DNA of 64,000 nt from an uncultured delta proteobacterium (GCA_963782055.1 CAWAIF010000003.1:2048001-2112000); one strand, 5' to 3'; positions 9,362 to 20,967 are shown, numbered from the stretch's first letter. Numbers and translations: made by a program. Notes: generated by a model from the letters alone, not told the origin.

Positions 9362-9770
9362 GAAGCGGGCCCAGATCACGGCGGCGCTCACCGTCGCGAT
9401 GGCGCTCGTGCCCGGCCTGTACTCGCGCAACAAGATGTTCGGCCTCTTCGACGATCCGACGGTGCGCCGGGCGCGCTCGCGCGCGCGCCTGCTGCGCAGC
9501 ATCGCCAAGCACCTCGGCGGCGAGGTCGCTCCGGTGGCGGGGCTGGTGGTGACGGTGGGCGCGCGCACCTCCGTCCGCTACGGCATCCCCAGCGTGCGCC
9601 TCTCGCGCGCGGTGGAGCTCACGCGGCTGGAGCTCGCGGCGCTGCGGGTCCTGCTCGCGCGCGCCGGGAGCTGCCCGGCGGAGCTCGGCTCGAGCGAGGA
9701 CGACCGCCCGCTGGTCGACGCCGCCCTCGCGCGGCTGCCCGAGGTCAGGGCCGGGCACGACGCCGTGTAG
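9354..9770 (+). CDS. Hypothetical protein
   Basis: 138 aa ORF overlapping the prfA stop and directly preceding the HIT gene. Confidence 0.7.
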   Translation: MDEKRAQITAALTVAMALVPGLYSRNKMFGLFDDPTVRRARSRARLLRSIAKHLGGEVAPVAGLVVTVGARTSVRYGIPSVRLSRAVELTRLELAALRVLLARAGSCPAELGSSEDDRPLVDAALARLPEVRAGHDAV

Positions 9771-9787
9771 TGGTAGCCTCGCGCCGC

Positions 9788-10129
9788 ATGAGCTGCCTCT
9801 TCTGCAAGATCGTCGCGAAGGAGATCCCCGCCACCATCGTCGCGGAAAACGATCAGGCTGTGGCGTTTCGCGACCTTCACCCCGTCGCCCCGACGCACGT
9901 GCTTGTCGTCCCGCGCAAGCACGTGGAGGACGTCAACCACCTGGAGCCGGCGGACGCCGGCATCTACGCGCAGATGCTCCTGCTCGCGCGCGAGGTGGCG
10001 AAGGCGGACGGCATCGACGCGAGCGGCTACCGCCTGGTGCTCAACACCGGCCCTGACGCCGGCCAGAGCGTCTTTCACATGCACATGCACGTGCTGGGCG
10101 GCCGCCCCATGAGCTGGCCGCCCGGCTGA
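9788..10129 (+). CDS. Histidine triad (HIT/HinT) nucleotide-binding protein
   Basis: CLFCKI, AFRDLHP, AGQSVFHMHMHVLGGR, WPPG. Confidence 0.95.
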   Translation: MSCLFCKIVAKEIPATIVAENDQAVAFRDLHPVAPTHVLVVPRKHVEDVNHLEPADAGIYAQMLLLAREVAKADGIDASGYRLVLNTGPDAGQSVFHMHMHVLGGRPMSWPPG

Positions 10130-10136
10130 CGGCGCG

Positions 10137-10598
10137 TCAGCGGCGCAGCACGCCGGCGATGGCCTCGAGCAGCGCCACCTCCGAGTCGTCCAGCGGGCGA
10201 TCCGGCGGCGCGAAGGGCGCGGTCCGCGCGCGCGGCACGCCGGCGCGGTGCACGCGCAGGTGAGCGCTCACCACCTGCCCGAAGCGCCCGCCCAGACCCC
10301 AGAAGAGGGCGAGCAGATCGGGGCCGACCGCGCGCCGGGGCGCGGGGCGCACCGCGAGCAGCTCGCCGGAGGGGAGCCGCGCCTCGAAGCCCGCCAGCAC
10401 GTGGTCCGCGGGGTCCAGCCACGGGCTGCGCGCGCCCGGCCCGCCGGCGCCGATCCACTCGGCGACGGTGAGCTCGCCCGGGGCGGGGGAGAGGTCCAGC
10501 GTCAGCCCCTCCGCCCCGAGGGCGCGCTCCAGCTCGCTCACGCCCACCTCGCCGCTCGCGTGCGCGAGCAGGCTCTCGCGATCGATGGCGATGCTCAC
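10137..10598 (-). CDS. Small FAD-binding (PCMH-like) protein, probable partner of the upstream oxidoreductase
   Basis: GTG at 10598 overlaps the upstream TGA; 153 aa with PRRAVGPDLLALFWGLGGRFG resembling the FAD_binding_4 segment. Confidence 0.75.
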   Translation of the reverse strand: MSIAIDRESLLAHASGEVGVSELERALGAEGLTLDLSPAPGELTVAEWIGAGGPGARSPWLDPADHVLAGFEARLPSGELLAVRPAPRRAVGPDLLALFWGLGGRFGQVVSAHLRVHRAGVPRARTAPFAPPDRPLDDSEVALLEAIAGVLRR

Positions 10599-12163
10599 GA
10601 CGCCGCCTCCGGCGCGCGCGCCCGCGGCACGTACGGCTCCGGACTCACCGGCGGCACCAGCGCGCCCGGGTTGAGGATCCCGTGCGGGTCGAAGGCGCGG
10701 CGCAGCGCGTGCACCACGCCCACCCCGGCGCCCAGCTCCGGCCCGAGGCGCGGCGCCTTGGACCGGCCCACCCCGTGGTGGTGCGCGAGGGTGCCGCCTG
10801 CCGCCGTGGCCGCGTCCAGCGCGGCGCGCCAGGTCTCGTCGTAGCGGGCCTCGCACGCGGCGTCCCATCCTCCCGGCGCGCCCGGCTTCGCCACGCCGGC
10901 GAAGGAGAAGTAGATGCAGCAGCCGTCGGGGTAGGCGTGGCTGAAGTGCGCCATCACGAAGACGCGCGAGCCCATCGCCTTGCGCACGCCGTCGTAGAGG
11001 GCGCCCAGGCGCGACCAGCTCGCCGCGACCTCCATCGTGTCGACGAAGAGGCCGCGCGCGAAGAGCGGGGCCTGCCGGTAGCTCACCGCGTAGCGGTGCT
11101 GCAGCCAGCGGCGCGCCGGCGCCTCCCCCTCGTCCTTGCCGCCCATGTGCATCGCGATCCCGTGCGCCTCGCGCGCCGCGTCCAGCGCGCGGCCGTCGTG
11201 CCCCTCGAAGATGGTGACGAGCAGCGAGCCGCCCAGCGCCGCACCGCCCGCGCGCGAGGCGAGCAGCTCGTTCATCAGCGAGGGGCTCCGGAGCAACCTG
11301 CGCAGGGCGGAGGCGCCGCCGCCGGGCGCGCCGTGGCGCTTCGCTTTCTCGCCGCGGACGGCGCCGCGCCGGGCGAGCATGGCGTCGAAGGGATCGTAGA
11401 GGCGCGCGACCGCCGGGCGCAGCCCGCGCTGGAACATCTCGCGCATCGCCTCCCAGCCCGCGCGCGTGGACGGGAAGGACCACGCGCCGAAGCCCCGCGT
11501 GGAGGGGGCCGGGTGCAGCCGGAGCTCCGCCGCGGTCACGATGGCGAGCGTCCCCTCGCTGCCCACGACGAGCGGCACCAGGCTGGGCCCCGACGCGCGG
11601 TGCGACAGGAGCGCCACGTCGCCGCGGCCGGTCACGCACTCCAGCCGCACCACCATGTCCTCGATCTTCCCGTAGTAGCCGGAGGCCTGCCCCGCGCTGC
11701 GCGCGGCGATCCACCCGCCCACCGTGCTGCAGAGGATGGAGGACGGGAAGTGCCCCAGGGTAAACCCTTGACGGGTCAACTGTTCCTCCAGCGGGAGCCC
11801 CATGTGCCCCGCCTCCACCGAGAGCGAGGGCGCCTCGCGATCCAGCCTCCGCCAGCGCGCCATCCGCTTCAGATCGACGACCACGGTGCGCGGCGTGGGC
11901 AGGACGCCCGCGCACACGCCGCTCCCCGCGCCGAAGGGCACAAGCGGCACGCCGCGCGCCGCCGCCCACCGGACGATCGCCGCCACCTGCTCGGTGCTCT
12001 CCGGCCACACCACGCCGAGCGGCCGGTGCGCCGCCACGTTGCCCGCCCGCACCGCGAGGTGGTGCCGCGGCCAGAGGTCCCGCGAGTAGGCGGCCCGGTC
12101 CGCGCCGTCCTCGCTGGCGCGAAGGCCCGGCACCGAGGCCCGGAGGTCCGCAAGCGCTGACAT
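10595..12163 (-). CDS. FAD-linked oxidoreductase, alkyl-dihydroxyacetonephosphate synthase (AGPS)-like
   Basis: PFGAGSG, LGHFPSS..STVGGWIA, YGKIEDMV, GSEGTL, HFSHAYPDGCCIYF, HHHGVG. Confidence 0.85.
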   Translation of the reverse strand: MSALADLRASVPGLRASEDGADRAAYSRDLWPRHHLAVRAGNVAAHRPLGVVWPESTEQVAAIVRWAAARGVPLVPFGAGSGVCAGVLPTPRTVVVDLKRMARWRRLDREAPSLSVEAGHMGLPLEEQLTRQGFTLGHFPSSILCSTVGGWIAARSAGQASGYYGKIEDMVVRLECVTGRGDVALLSHRASGPSLVPLVVGSEGTLAIVTAAELRLHPAPSTRGFGAWSFPSTRAGWEAMREMFQRGLRPAVARLYDPFDAMLARRGAVRGEKAKRHGAPGGGASALRRLLRSPSLMNELLASRAGGAALGGSLLVTIFEGHDGRALDAAREAHGIAMHMGGKDEGEAPARRWLQHRYAVSYRQAPLFARGLFVDTMEVAASWSRLGALYDGVRKAMGSRVFVMAHFSHAYPDGCCIYFSFAGVAKPGAPGGWDAACEARYDETWRAALDAATAAGGTLAHHHGVGRSKAPRLGPELGAGVGVVHALRRAFDPHGILNPGALVPPVSPEPYVPRARAPEAAS

Positions 12164-12364
12164 CTCCGCGAAGGTAGCGCGGCAGCGCGAAACTGCGAAA
12201 CTTCCGCGGCGCTCGGCCGTCTTTCTACAAGGGCCCGGCCCCTTTCTTCCCTACAGCCTCCTACCCTGCGCGGGCCCCAGGGTATGCGGAGGCTCCCCCG
12301 TGCGCTATGCTCCGGCAACTAGGCGTGCCAGCAGCGCGCGCCTTCCGACACTGCGAGGCAATTC

Positions 12365-13957
12365 ATGACGATGGGTGGCGTCGACGACGAAGAGCACCTC
12401 CCGAAGCCGGGCGACATCGTCGCCGGCAAGTACCAGATCGAGCGGATCATCGGGAAGGGGGGCATGGGCGCGGTGTTGGCCGCACACCATCAGCTCCTCG
12501 GCCAGCGTGTCGCCGTGAAGTTCCTCCTGGGGGAGATCGCGGCCAACTCGGAGGCGGTCGCGCGCTTCAACAACGAGGCCAGAAACGCCTTCAAGATCCA
12601 GAGCGAGCACGTCTGCCGCGTCATGGACGTGGGAACCGAGAACGGCTTCCCGTACATGGTCATGGAGTACCTCGAGGGAGGAGACCTCTCGCAGCTCCTC
12701 GAGCAGCGCGGCGCCCTCCCCGTGGAGGAAGCCGTCGACTACGTGCTGCAGTCGCTGGAGGCCATCGCCCAGGCGCATGCGCTCGGCATCGTCCATCGCG
12801 ATCTCAAGCCGGCCAACCTCTTCCTGGCCAAGCGCCAGGATGGCGGCACGGTGGTGAAGGTCCTGGATTTCGGCATCGCCAAGGCATCCAACCCCTTCGG
12901 CGAGGCCAGCGGCGGCCACAACCTCACCTCCACCAAGTCGATGCTCGGCTCGCCGCTCTACATGTCGCCCGAGCAGCTCCGCTCGGCGAAGAACGTGGAC
13001 GCGCGCGCGGACGTCTGGGCCCTCGGGGTCATCCTGTACGAGCTGCTCACCGGCACCGTGCCCTTCAACGGGGAGACGCTGGGCGAGCTCTTCATCGCCA
13101 TCCTGGAGACGCAGCCCGTCCCGGTCTCGCAGAAGCGACCGGACGTGCCGCAGGCGCTCAGCGAGGCGATCATGCGCTGCCTGCAGCGCAACATCGACTA
13201 CCGCTTCGCCAACGTGGCGGAGCTCGCGGTCGCCCTCGCGTCGTGCGCGCCCGCCCGCTCGTACGTCTCGGTGGAGCGCGTCGCGCAGTCGCTCGGGATG
13301 CCCGCGCCGCCCGTCGTCATGCCCGGCACGAGCTCCGACGGCGTCCGCGCGCCGATGCCCTCCTACGCCGGCATGGGGACCGGCTCGCACCAGCTCCCGC
13401 CGCCCCAGATGATGTCCTCGTCGCAGTCCGGCCCGATGCCCGCCGTCGCGGGGATGCCCGGCTCGCAGACCAACGCCGCCTGGGGCCAGACGGGCGGGGG
13501 GGCCATCCCCAAGAGCAAGGCACCGCTCTTCGCCGGGCTGGCCGTGGGTGCCCTGGTGATGCTCGGCGTCGCCAGCGTGGGCGTCTACAAGGTCACGCAC
13601 CACAGCGCCGCTGCCGGCCCCGAGACCACCGATCCCTCCGCCAGCGCGGCGGAGACGGCCACCGCGGCCCCCACCGAGACGACCACGACGACCGCGGCCA
13701 CGGCCACGGCCGCCGAGACGGCCACCCAGGCCTCCACCGCCACCGCTCCACCCACCGAGACGGCCACGGCGAAGGTGGAGACCCCACCCGCGCACACGAA
13801 CTCCACGCACACCAAGACGCATCACGTCACCTCCGGAAAGGGCACGCCGGAGGTCAAGACGCACCCCACGGCGACAGCCGCCACCACCACCGCCGCGCCC
13901 ACGCCGACGCACACCGCAAAGCCGGCGGCCTCCTACGATCCGTTTGGTGGACGCTAG
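12365..13957 (+). CDS. Membrane serine/threonine protein kinase with Thr/Ala-rich extracytoplasmic tail
   Basis: GKGGMG, VAVK, HRDLKPAN, DFG, GSPLYMSPE; TM helix LFAGLAVGALVMLGVASVGVY; ends ASYDPFGGR. Confidence 0.95.
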   Translation: MTMGGVDDEEHLPKPGDIVAGKYQIERIIGKGGMGAVLAAHHQLLGQRVAVKFLLGEIAANSEAVARFNNEARNAFKIQSEHVCRVMDVGTENGFPYMVMEYLEGGDLSQLLEQRGALPVEEAVDYVLQSLEAIAQAHALGIVHRDLKPANLFLAKRQDGGTVVKVLDFGIAKASNPFGEASGGHNLTSTKSMLGSPLYMSPEQLRSAKNVDARADVWALGVILYELLTGTVPFNGETLGELFIAILETQPVPVSQKRPDVPQALSEAIMRCLQRNIDYRFANVAELAVALASCAPARSYVSVERVAQSLGMPAPPVVMPGTSSDGVRAPMPSYAGMGTGSHQLPPPQMMSSSQSGPMPAVAGMPGSQTNAAWGQTGGGAIPKSKAPLFAGLAVGALVMLGVASVGVYKVTHHSAAAGPETTDPSASAAETATAAPTETTTTTAATATAAETATQASTATAPPTETATAKVETPPAHTNSTHTKTHHVTSGKGTPEVKTHPTATAATTTAAPTPTHTAKPAASYDPFGGR

Positions 13958-14050
13958 CGGCCAAACTGGGGTACTTCAGTACCCATGGTCTCCCCGCAGA
14001 TCCCTTCCACTTGGGCGAATGAGCCGCGTGACTCCCGGGTGCGCTCCGCC

Positions 14051-15121
14051 ATGCGTGTCGCCACCGCCGCGGTCACCGCGCTCGCTCTCGTCGCCGCGCA
14101 GGCTCCCCCTGTCTTCGCGCAGGGCGTGAACGTCACGCAGGCCGAGTCGCTCTACGACCAGGGCGCGCAGCTCATCAAGGAGAAGAAGTACCACGAGGCG
14201 TGCGAGCGCTTCTCCGCCAGCCTCAAGCTCGACGAGAGCATCAACACGATGGTCGCGCTCGCCCGCTGCCAGGACCTGGACGGCAAGACGGCCTCCGCGT
14301 GGGGCGAGTACCTCGTCGCCGCCAAGAAGGGCCGCGGAACCCCGGCCGGGCAGTACGCAGCCGACAAGGCCAAGGAGCTGGAGGGGCGGCTGCTCAAGAT
14401 TCGCATCAGCATGGCGCTCGTGCCGCCCAACGTGACGATCAAGATCGACAACGAGAGCATCCCGCCGGAGTCGCTCAACGCTGACCTCCCCCTCGACCCG
14501 GGCGATCACGACATCGAGCTCACGGCGCCGGGCAAGCACGACTGGGCCCGCCACATCACCCTGAAGCAGAACAACTCCCCGCTGGCGGTCACCGTCTCGA
14601 TGGAGGACATGACGCCCGAGGAGCTGAAGGCGCAGAAGCAGAAGCAGAACGGCGGCATCGGGCCGACAGGACCGCAGGTCGTCGAGCAGCCGGGGAGCCC
14701 CACGCGCCGCTGGATCGGCGTCGGGGTGGGCGTCGTCGGCGTGGGCGCGCTGGTGTACGGCGTCGTCGCGCTGGTCCAGGCGAGCGACAACCAGAGCAAG
14801 TTCAACCAGGAAGGCAAGGGCCTCCCGACGTGCGACCTGCCCAACGGCAGGAGCGGCGCGAGCAACACAAGCTTCAGCAGTGGCGGCAACTGCCACGTCA
14901 CCGACACCTCCGGCCTGACGTTCGGCGACCGCGCCAACCGTTTCTACATCCAGATGGGCGTGGCCGGTGGCATCGGCATCGTCGCCATCGGGGTGGGCCT
15001 CGCCCTCGTGCTGACGAGCTTCGGCTCCAAGCGCGTGGTCAAGAGCGAGGGCGCCGACGTGTCCTTCGCGCCCATGCTCGGGCCGGGTCTCGGCGGGATG
15101 ATGCTGCACGGCAGCTTCTGA
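14051..15121 (+). CDS. Secreted TPR + PEGA-like domain protein
   Basis: Signal peptide, TPR (AESLYDQG..EACERFSASLKLD), PEGA-like LPLDPGDHDIELTAPGK, two Gly-rich hydrophobic segments, ends LHGSF. Confidence 0.8.
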   Translation: MRVATAAVTALALVAAQAPPVFAQGVNVTQAESLYDQGAQLIKEKKYHEACERFSASLKLDESINTMVALARCQDLDGKTASAWGEYLVAAKKGRGTPAGQYAADKAKELEGRLLKIRISMALVPPNVTIKIDNESIPPESLNADLPLDPGDHDIELTAPGKHDWARHITLKQNNSPLAVTVSMEDMTPEELKAQKQKQNGGIGPTGPQVVEQPGSPTRRWIGVGVGVVGVGALVYGVVALVQASDNQSKFNQEGKGLPTCDLPNGRSGASNTSFSSGGNCHVTDTSGLTFGDRANRFYIQMGVAGGIGIVAIGVGLALVLTSFGSKRVVKSEGADVSFAPMLGPGLGGMMLHGSF

Positions 15122-15186
15122 AGCGCTTTCTGGTGCGGCATTCGGGAGTGGCCGAATCGAGCCGGTTGATTTAGGTAGAGGGGCTC

Positions 15187-17051
<1,865 letters not shown>

Positions 17052-17055
<4 letters not shown>

Positions 17056-18347
17056 GGCCGCGCGCGTCGCTCGCCGGGCTGTTGCTGCTGTCCGCCGGGT
17101 GCGCGCGGGCCTGTGCGCGCCCCGAGCCGCTGCGGGTGCCCGACGCGGGGGAGGCGCTGGAGGAGGCTTCGGTCGAGCCGAGCGCCTACGCGCCTTCGCG
17201 CTGCACGCTGCAGGCGGCGAGCGTGTCGCTCGGCGACGCGGCCGTCGAGGTGGGGGTCGCGGCCCGCACCGCGGACGGCCTCGCGGTGGGGGTGCGCGCG
17301 GGGGACGAGGCGCGCGTGGCGCTGGTGCGCGCGGACCTCGGCGCGGTGCAGTCGGTGAACCTGGGGCTGCTGGCGGCGGATGCCCCTCCGCCCCGGCCGC
17401 TGGTGCTCGGCGGGGACGACGTCTACGCCGCCTTCTACGGGCAGCCCTCGGGGCGACGCACGCCCGGCTCGCGGGCCGTCGTGCTCTCGCGCGTGGACCC
17501 GAAGGCCGGCGCAGCGGTGCGCGTCGTCGAGCTGCCGCCGGAGGCCCCCGACGACTCCCTGGCGATGGACGCCGCGCTGCTGGCGGGCGGCGTGGCGCCG
17601 CGGGGCGCGGTCGTGTGGGACGAGCCCGCGGGGGGCAAGGTGGCGAGCGCGGTGCGGATGGCGACCTTCGCCGCGGGCAAGGCGTCCCCGCCGGTGACCC
17701 TCTCGCCTCCGGACACCGACGCGGATCGCCCGCGCATCGTGGCTCGTGCGGCGGGCGGCTACTGGGTGGTGTGGGTGGCCCACCGCGCCCTCCCGGCGTC
17801 CGACGCCGCGGCGCTGCCCGAGGGCCCCGGCGAGGACGTCGGCTTCGAGTGGCTGGAGGTGCTGGCGGTCGGCCCGGACGGCACCCCGTACGGCGCTCCG
17901 CAGCGCCTCACCGCCGAGCAAGGCCGCGCGGGGGTCTTCGACCTGACGCCCGCCGCTGGGCCGGACGCGGGCGCCTCCGCCGGGGATTTCGACCTCTTTG
18001 CCCGGGACGCCGAGGACACCGGCGCGCAGGGCTCCGGCAAGCTGCTCCTCGCCTCGGTGCACGGCGGGCACGCGGCGCCGGCGCGCGTGCTGCTCGACGG
18101 AGGCGTCGGACGGGGCGCGCCGGTGGGGGCCCGGGCAGGGGCGACGGCCGCCGTGGTCTTCGAGGATCCCTCCGGCGCCGCGGTGTTCTTGCCTCTGCAG
18201 CCCAGCGGTGGCCTCCCCAGCCTGGAGCCGGAGCTGGACCCGTACGAGGTTCTTGCGCCGCTGGGGGCCGACGCCGGCGCGCTCCGCGTGGTGGTGGCGC
18301 GGGAGGCCTCCGCGGAGCTTCGGCTTGCCCGTTGCATCCCGGATTGA
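17052..18347 (+). CDS. Hypothetical lipoprotein with beta-rich repeats
   Basis: ATGA overlap with the previous stop; MRPRASLAGLLLLSAGC lipobox. Confidence 0.7.
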
Positions 18348-18525
18348 TGGAACGCCCGCCATGGGCTACCTTTCGCCCCCGTGCCCAATTGCTTTTGGGG
18401 TTCCTTGGTCCGGCCGCTCGAGAACATGCTCGAGCCCATACCCCACCGTGCATTGGGTGGCAGCCGTCCCCCACGGCGGGCCGGTCGCTCGAGCCTCGCT
18501 CGGGCGCCCCTCTCCGCGCGTCTCG

Positions 18526-18599
18526 GGGCCCATAGCTCAATCGGTCAGAGCCCCCGGCTCATAACCGGGCCGTTCCTGGTTCGAACCCAGGTGGGCCCA
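18526..18599 (+). tRNA. tRNA with CAT anticodon, most likely tRNA-Ile2 (lysidine)
   Basis: Acceptor stem GGGCCCA/TGGGCCC, D-arm TAGCTCAATCGGTCAGAGC, anticodon arm CCCGG-CTCATAA-CCGGG, T-loop GTTCGAAC. C4 and C5 in the acceptor stem fit Ile2. CCA is not encoded. Confidence 0.93.
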
Positions 18600-18631
18600 C
18601 GCAAGAAACCGGACCTCTTCGAAGGAGTATC

Positions 18632-19375
18632 GTGAGCGTACCTGAACAGATTATTGCTCTCGAGGAGCTGGCCGCGCTGGACGCGGAGCTCAAGACACTC
18701 GGTGACGAGATTGGCCGTGAACGAGGCGCACTGGAGGGGCTGCGCAGCAAGCACGTCGAGCTGGAAGAGAAAGCCAAGAACGACAAGGCTCACCTCACCG
18801 CGATAGAGAAGCTGCGCAACGACTACGTGGTCGAGGTGCGCAACATGATGCAGCAGCTCGAGCACTCGCGGGAGAAGATGAACCGCGCGCGCAACGAGCG
18901 CGAGGCCAACGCCGCCCAGCGCGAGCTGGAAGAGCTGCGCAAGCTCATACGGGACCGCGAGGACGAGATCGGCAAGCTGACGACCGACGGTGACGCCGCG
19001 CGCCAGCAGATCGACACGACCGAGGAGGAGGCCAAGCAGGTCGGCGCCGAGCTGGGCGAGACCGAGGGCTCCGTCCAGGCCAAGCTCGGGGAGACGGAGC
19101 GGCGGCAGGCCGAGCGCACCTCCACCCGCGGCGCCATCGTCAAGAGGCTGCCGGCCCAGACGTATCGCCGCTACGAGATGATCCGCGGCCGCCGCGGCAC
19201 GGGCATCGCCCAGACGACGGACGGCACCTGCAAGGCCTGCAACATGGCCCTGCCGCCGCAGCTCTTCCACCGCCTGCGCCGGGAGCCCCTGCTGGATCAG
19301 TGCCCATCCTGCCAGCGCATCATCTACTATGTCCCTCCAGCGGCCGCCCCGGACGCGGCCGACCCGAAGGGCTAG
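18632..19375 (+). CDS. Coiled-coil protein with C4-type zinc ribbon (DUF164/CT398-like)
   Basis: Long coiled coil followed by CKACNM..CPSCQRI. Confidence 0.9.
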   Translation: MSVPEQIIALEELAALDAELKTLGDEIGRERGALEGLRSKHVELEEKAKNDKAHLTAIEKLRNDYVVEVRNMMQQLEHSREKMNRARNEREANAAQRELEELRKLIRDREDEIGKLTTDGDAARQQIDTTEEEAKQVGAELGETEGSVQAKLGETERRQAERTSTRGAIVKRLPAQTYRRYEMIRGRRGTGIAQTTDGTCKACNMALPPQLFHRLRREPLLDQCPSCQRIIYYVPPAAAPDAADPKG

Positions 19376-19391
19376 AGGGGACCTCCGCCTC

Positions 19392-20723
19392 GTGAAGAGC
19401 TGTCCGACCTGTCAGCGCGTCTACCCGAACGACGCCGGCTTCTGCCCGGCCGACGGCACTGGGCTCGTCTCGGCCACGCTCGCCCCCCCGCCGATGACGG
19501 CGGAGGACCCGCGCATCGGGCAGAAGCTCTGCGGCCGCTACGAGATCCGCCGCGTCGTCGCCGATGGCGGCATGGGCCGCGTCTACGAGGGCATCGACCG
19601 GCAGAACGACCTGCGCATCGCCGTGAAGGTCCTGCACGACGCGGTGGCGAAGGACGAGGTCTCGCTGGAGCGCTTCAAGCGCGAGTACGAGATCTCCAGC
19701 GCGCTGCCGCACGATCACATCGTGCACGTGCTCGACTTCCAGCACGACGACCAGTTCAAGGTCTGGCTTTTGGTGATGGAGTTCCTCGACGGCGAGGAGC
19801 TGCGCGTGGTCCTCAAGCGCGAGAAGTTCCTCCCGCCGGAGCGCCTGGTGCGCATGCTCTCGCAGGTGGCGCTGGGCCTCGACGAGGCGCACGCCCGGCA
19901 GTTCGTCCACCGCGACCTGAAGCCGGACAACATCTTCCTCTGCGGCACGCGCGAGGGCGACGTCGTCAAGCTGCTCGACTTCGGCTCGGTCAAGGACAAG
20001 AACAAGGACGCCAAGAAACTCACCGTGCTCGGCACGACGATCGGCTCGCCGTACTACATGGCCCCGGAGCAGGCGCAGGGGCTGGAGACGCTCGACGCCC
20101 GCGCCGACGTCTTCGCGCTGGGCGCCATCGCGTACGAGTGCATCTGCGGGACGGTGCCCTTCTTCGGCAACAACGGTCCGTCCATCCTGCTCGCCATCCT
20201 CACCAAGGACCCCGACCCGCCCAGCCTCAGCGCGGCCAACGCCAAGTTCCCCATCCCGCCCCGCATGGACGAGGTCATGGAGGAGGCGCTCGCCAAGAAC
20301 CCCAACATCCGCACGCCCAGCGTGGGTGCGCTCGCCGATGCGGTCGGTCACGCGTACGGGCTGGAGGGCGACCACACGCAGTGGGCGAAGACGCCGCTCG
20401 CCACCCTCGCGCAGCAGGTGGAGGAGGCGCGGCCGCGCACGCTCGAGCGCGCGCCCGCTGCCCTCGAGGCCGCGGCTGATCCCTTCGCTGCCCCGCCCGG
20501 CATGGGCGGCGCCTCGCAGGGCTACGGCCAGCCTGCCTGGGGTCAGGCCTCCGGCGCGTCCATGGACCAGGCGTTCGCGCAGGCGCGCGCGGCGAGCTAC
20601 GGCATGGAGGGCGCGGCCGGCATCCCGCAGGGCAAGCCGGCGTGGCTCATTCCGGTGGTCATCGTGGCGGTGCTCGCGCTGCTGGTGGGCGGCGGGCTCG
20701 CGGTCTTCGTTCTGATCCGCTGA
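19392..20723 (+). CDS. Serine/threonine protein kinase with N-terminal Cys motif and C-terminal membrane anchor
   Basis: CPTC..FCPADG, GGMGRVY, IAVK, HRDLKPDN, DFG, GSPYYMAPE; terminal TM helix. Confidence 0.93.
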   Translation: MKSCPTCQRVYPNDAGFCPADGTGLVSATLAPPPMTAEDPRIGQKLCGRYEIRRVVADGGMGRVYEGIDRQNDLRIAVKVLHDAVAKDEVSLERFKREYEISSALPHDHIVHVLDFQHDDQFKVWLLVMEFLDGEELRVVLKREKFLPPERLVRMLSQVALGLDEAHARQFVHRDLKPDNIFLCGTREGDVVKLLDFGSVKDKNKDAKKLTVLGTTIGSPYYMAPEQAQGLETLDARADVFALGAIAYECICGTVPFFGNNGPSILLAILTKDPDPPSLSAANAKFPIPPRMDEVMEEALAKNPNIRTPSVGALADAVGHAYGLEGDHTQWAKTPLATLAQQVEEARPRTLERAPAALEAAADPFAAPPGMGGASQGYGQPAWGQASGASMDQAFAQARAASYGMEGAAGIPQGKPAWLIPVVIVAVLALLVGGGLAVFVLIR

Positions 20724-20780
20724 CCTCGCCAACCCCGGCGCTGCGACCACCCCGGATCGCCGCTACCAGGTGAGGATTCT

Positions 20781-20848
20781 CAGAAGATCAGAAGATCAGA
20801 AGATCAGGAAGATGGTGGATGGGACCTTCTGATCTTCCGATCTTGCTG
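20781..20848. repeat. Tandem 8-mer (CAGAAGAT x3 + CAGGAAGAT) followed by degenerate inverted copies
   Basis: Direct copies at 20781-20813; CTTCTG ATCTTCCG ATCTTGCTG at 20826-20848. Confidence 0.85.
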
Positions 20849-20967
20849 TTCCAAGATCACTCGTAGCTTGCGCCACGCCGATCGCGCGCTCTCCTCTCCC
20901 CTAGCCCTCCGTTGGCGTGCTGCCCCCTGTCCGTCCCCCCTGTCCCCCCCTCTGTCCCCGGACACCC

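Noticed and set aside
12316..12331. Sigma54-like TGGCACGCCTAGTTGC on the minus strand upstream of the AGPS-like gene
   Set aside because: Spacing is GG-N11-GC, whereas sigma54 needs N10.
18526..18599. Initiator tRNA-fMet
   Set aside because: It has a paired G1-C72 and lacks the GGG/CCC anticodon-stem signature; elongator Met cannot be fully excluded.
20781..20848. Possible CRISPR array
   Set aside because: 8-nt units without spacers, and no cas genes in the window.
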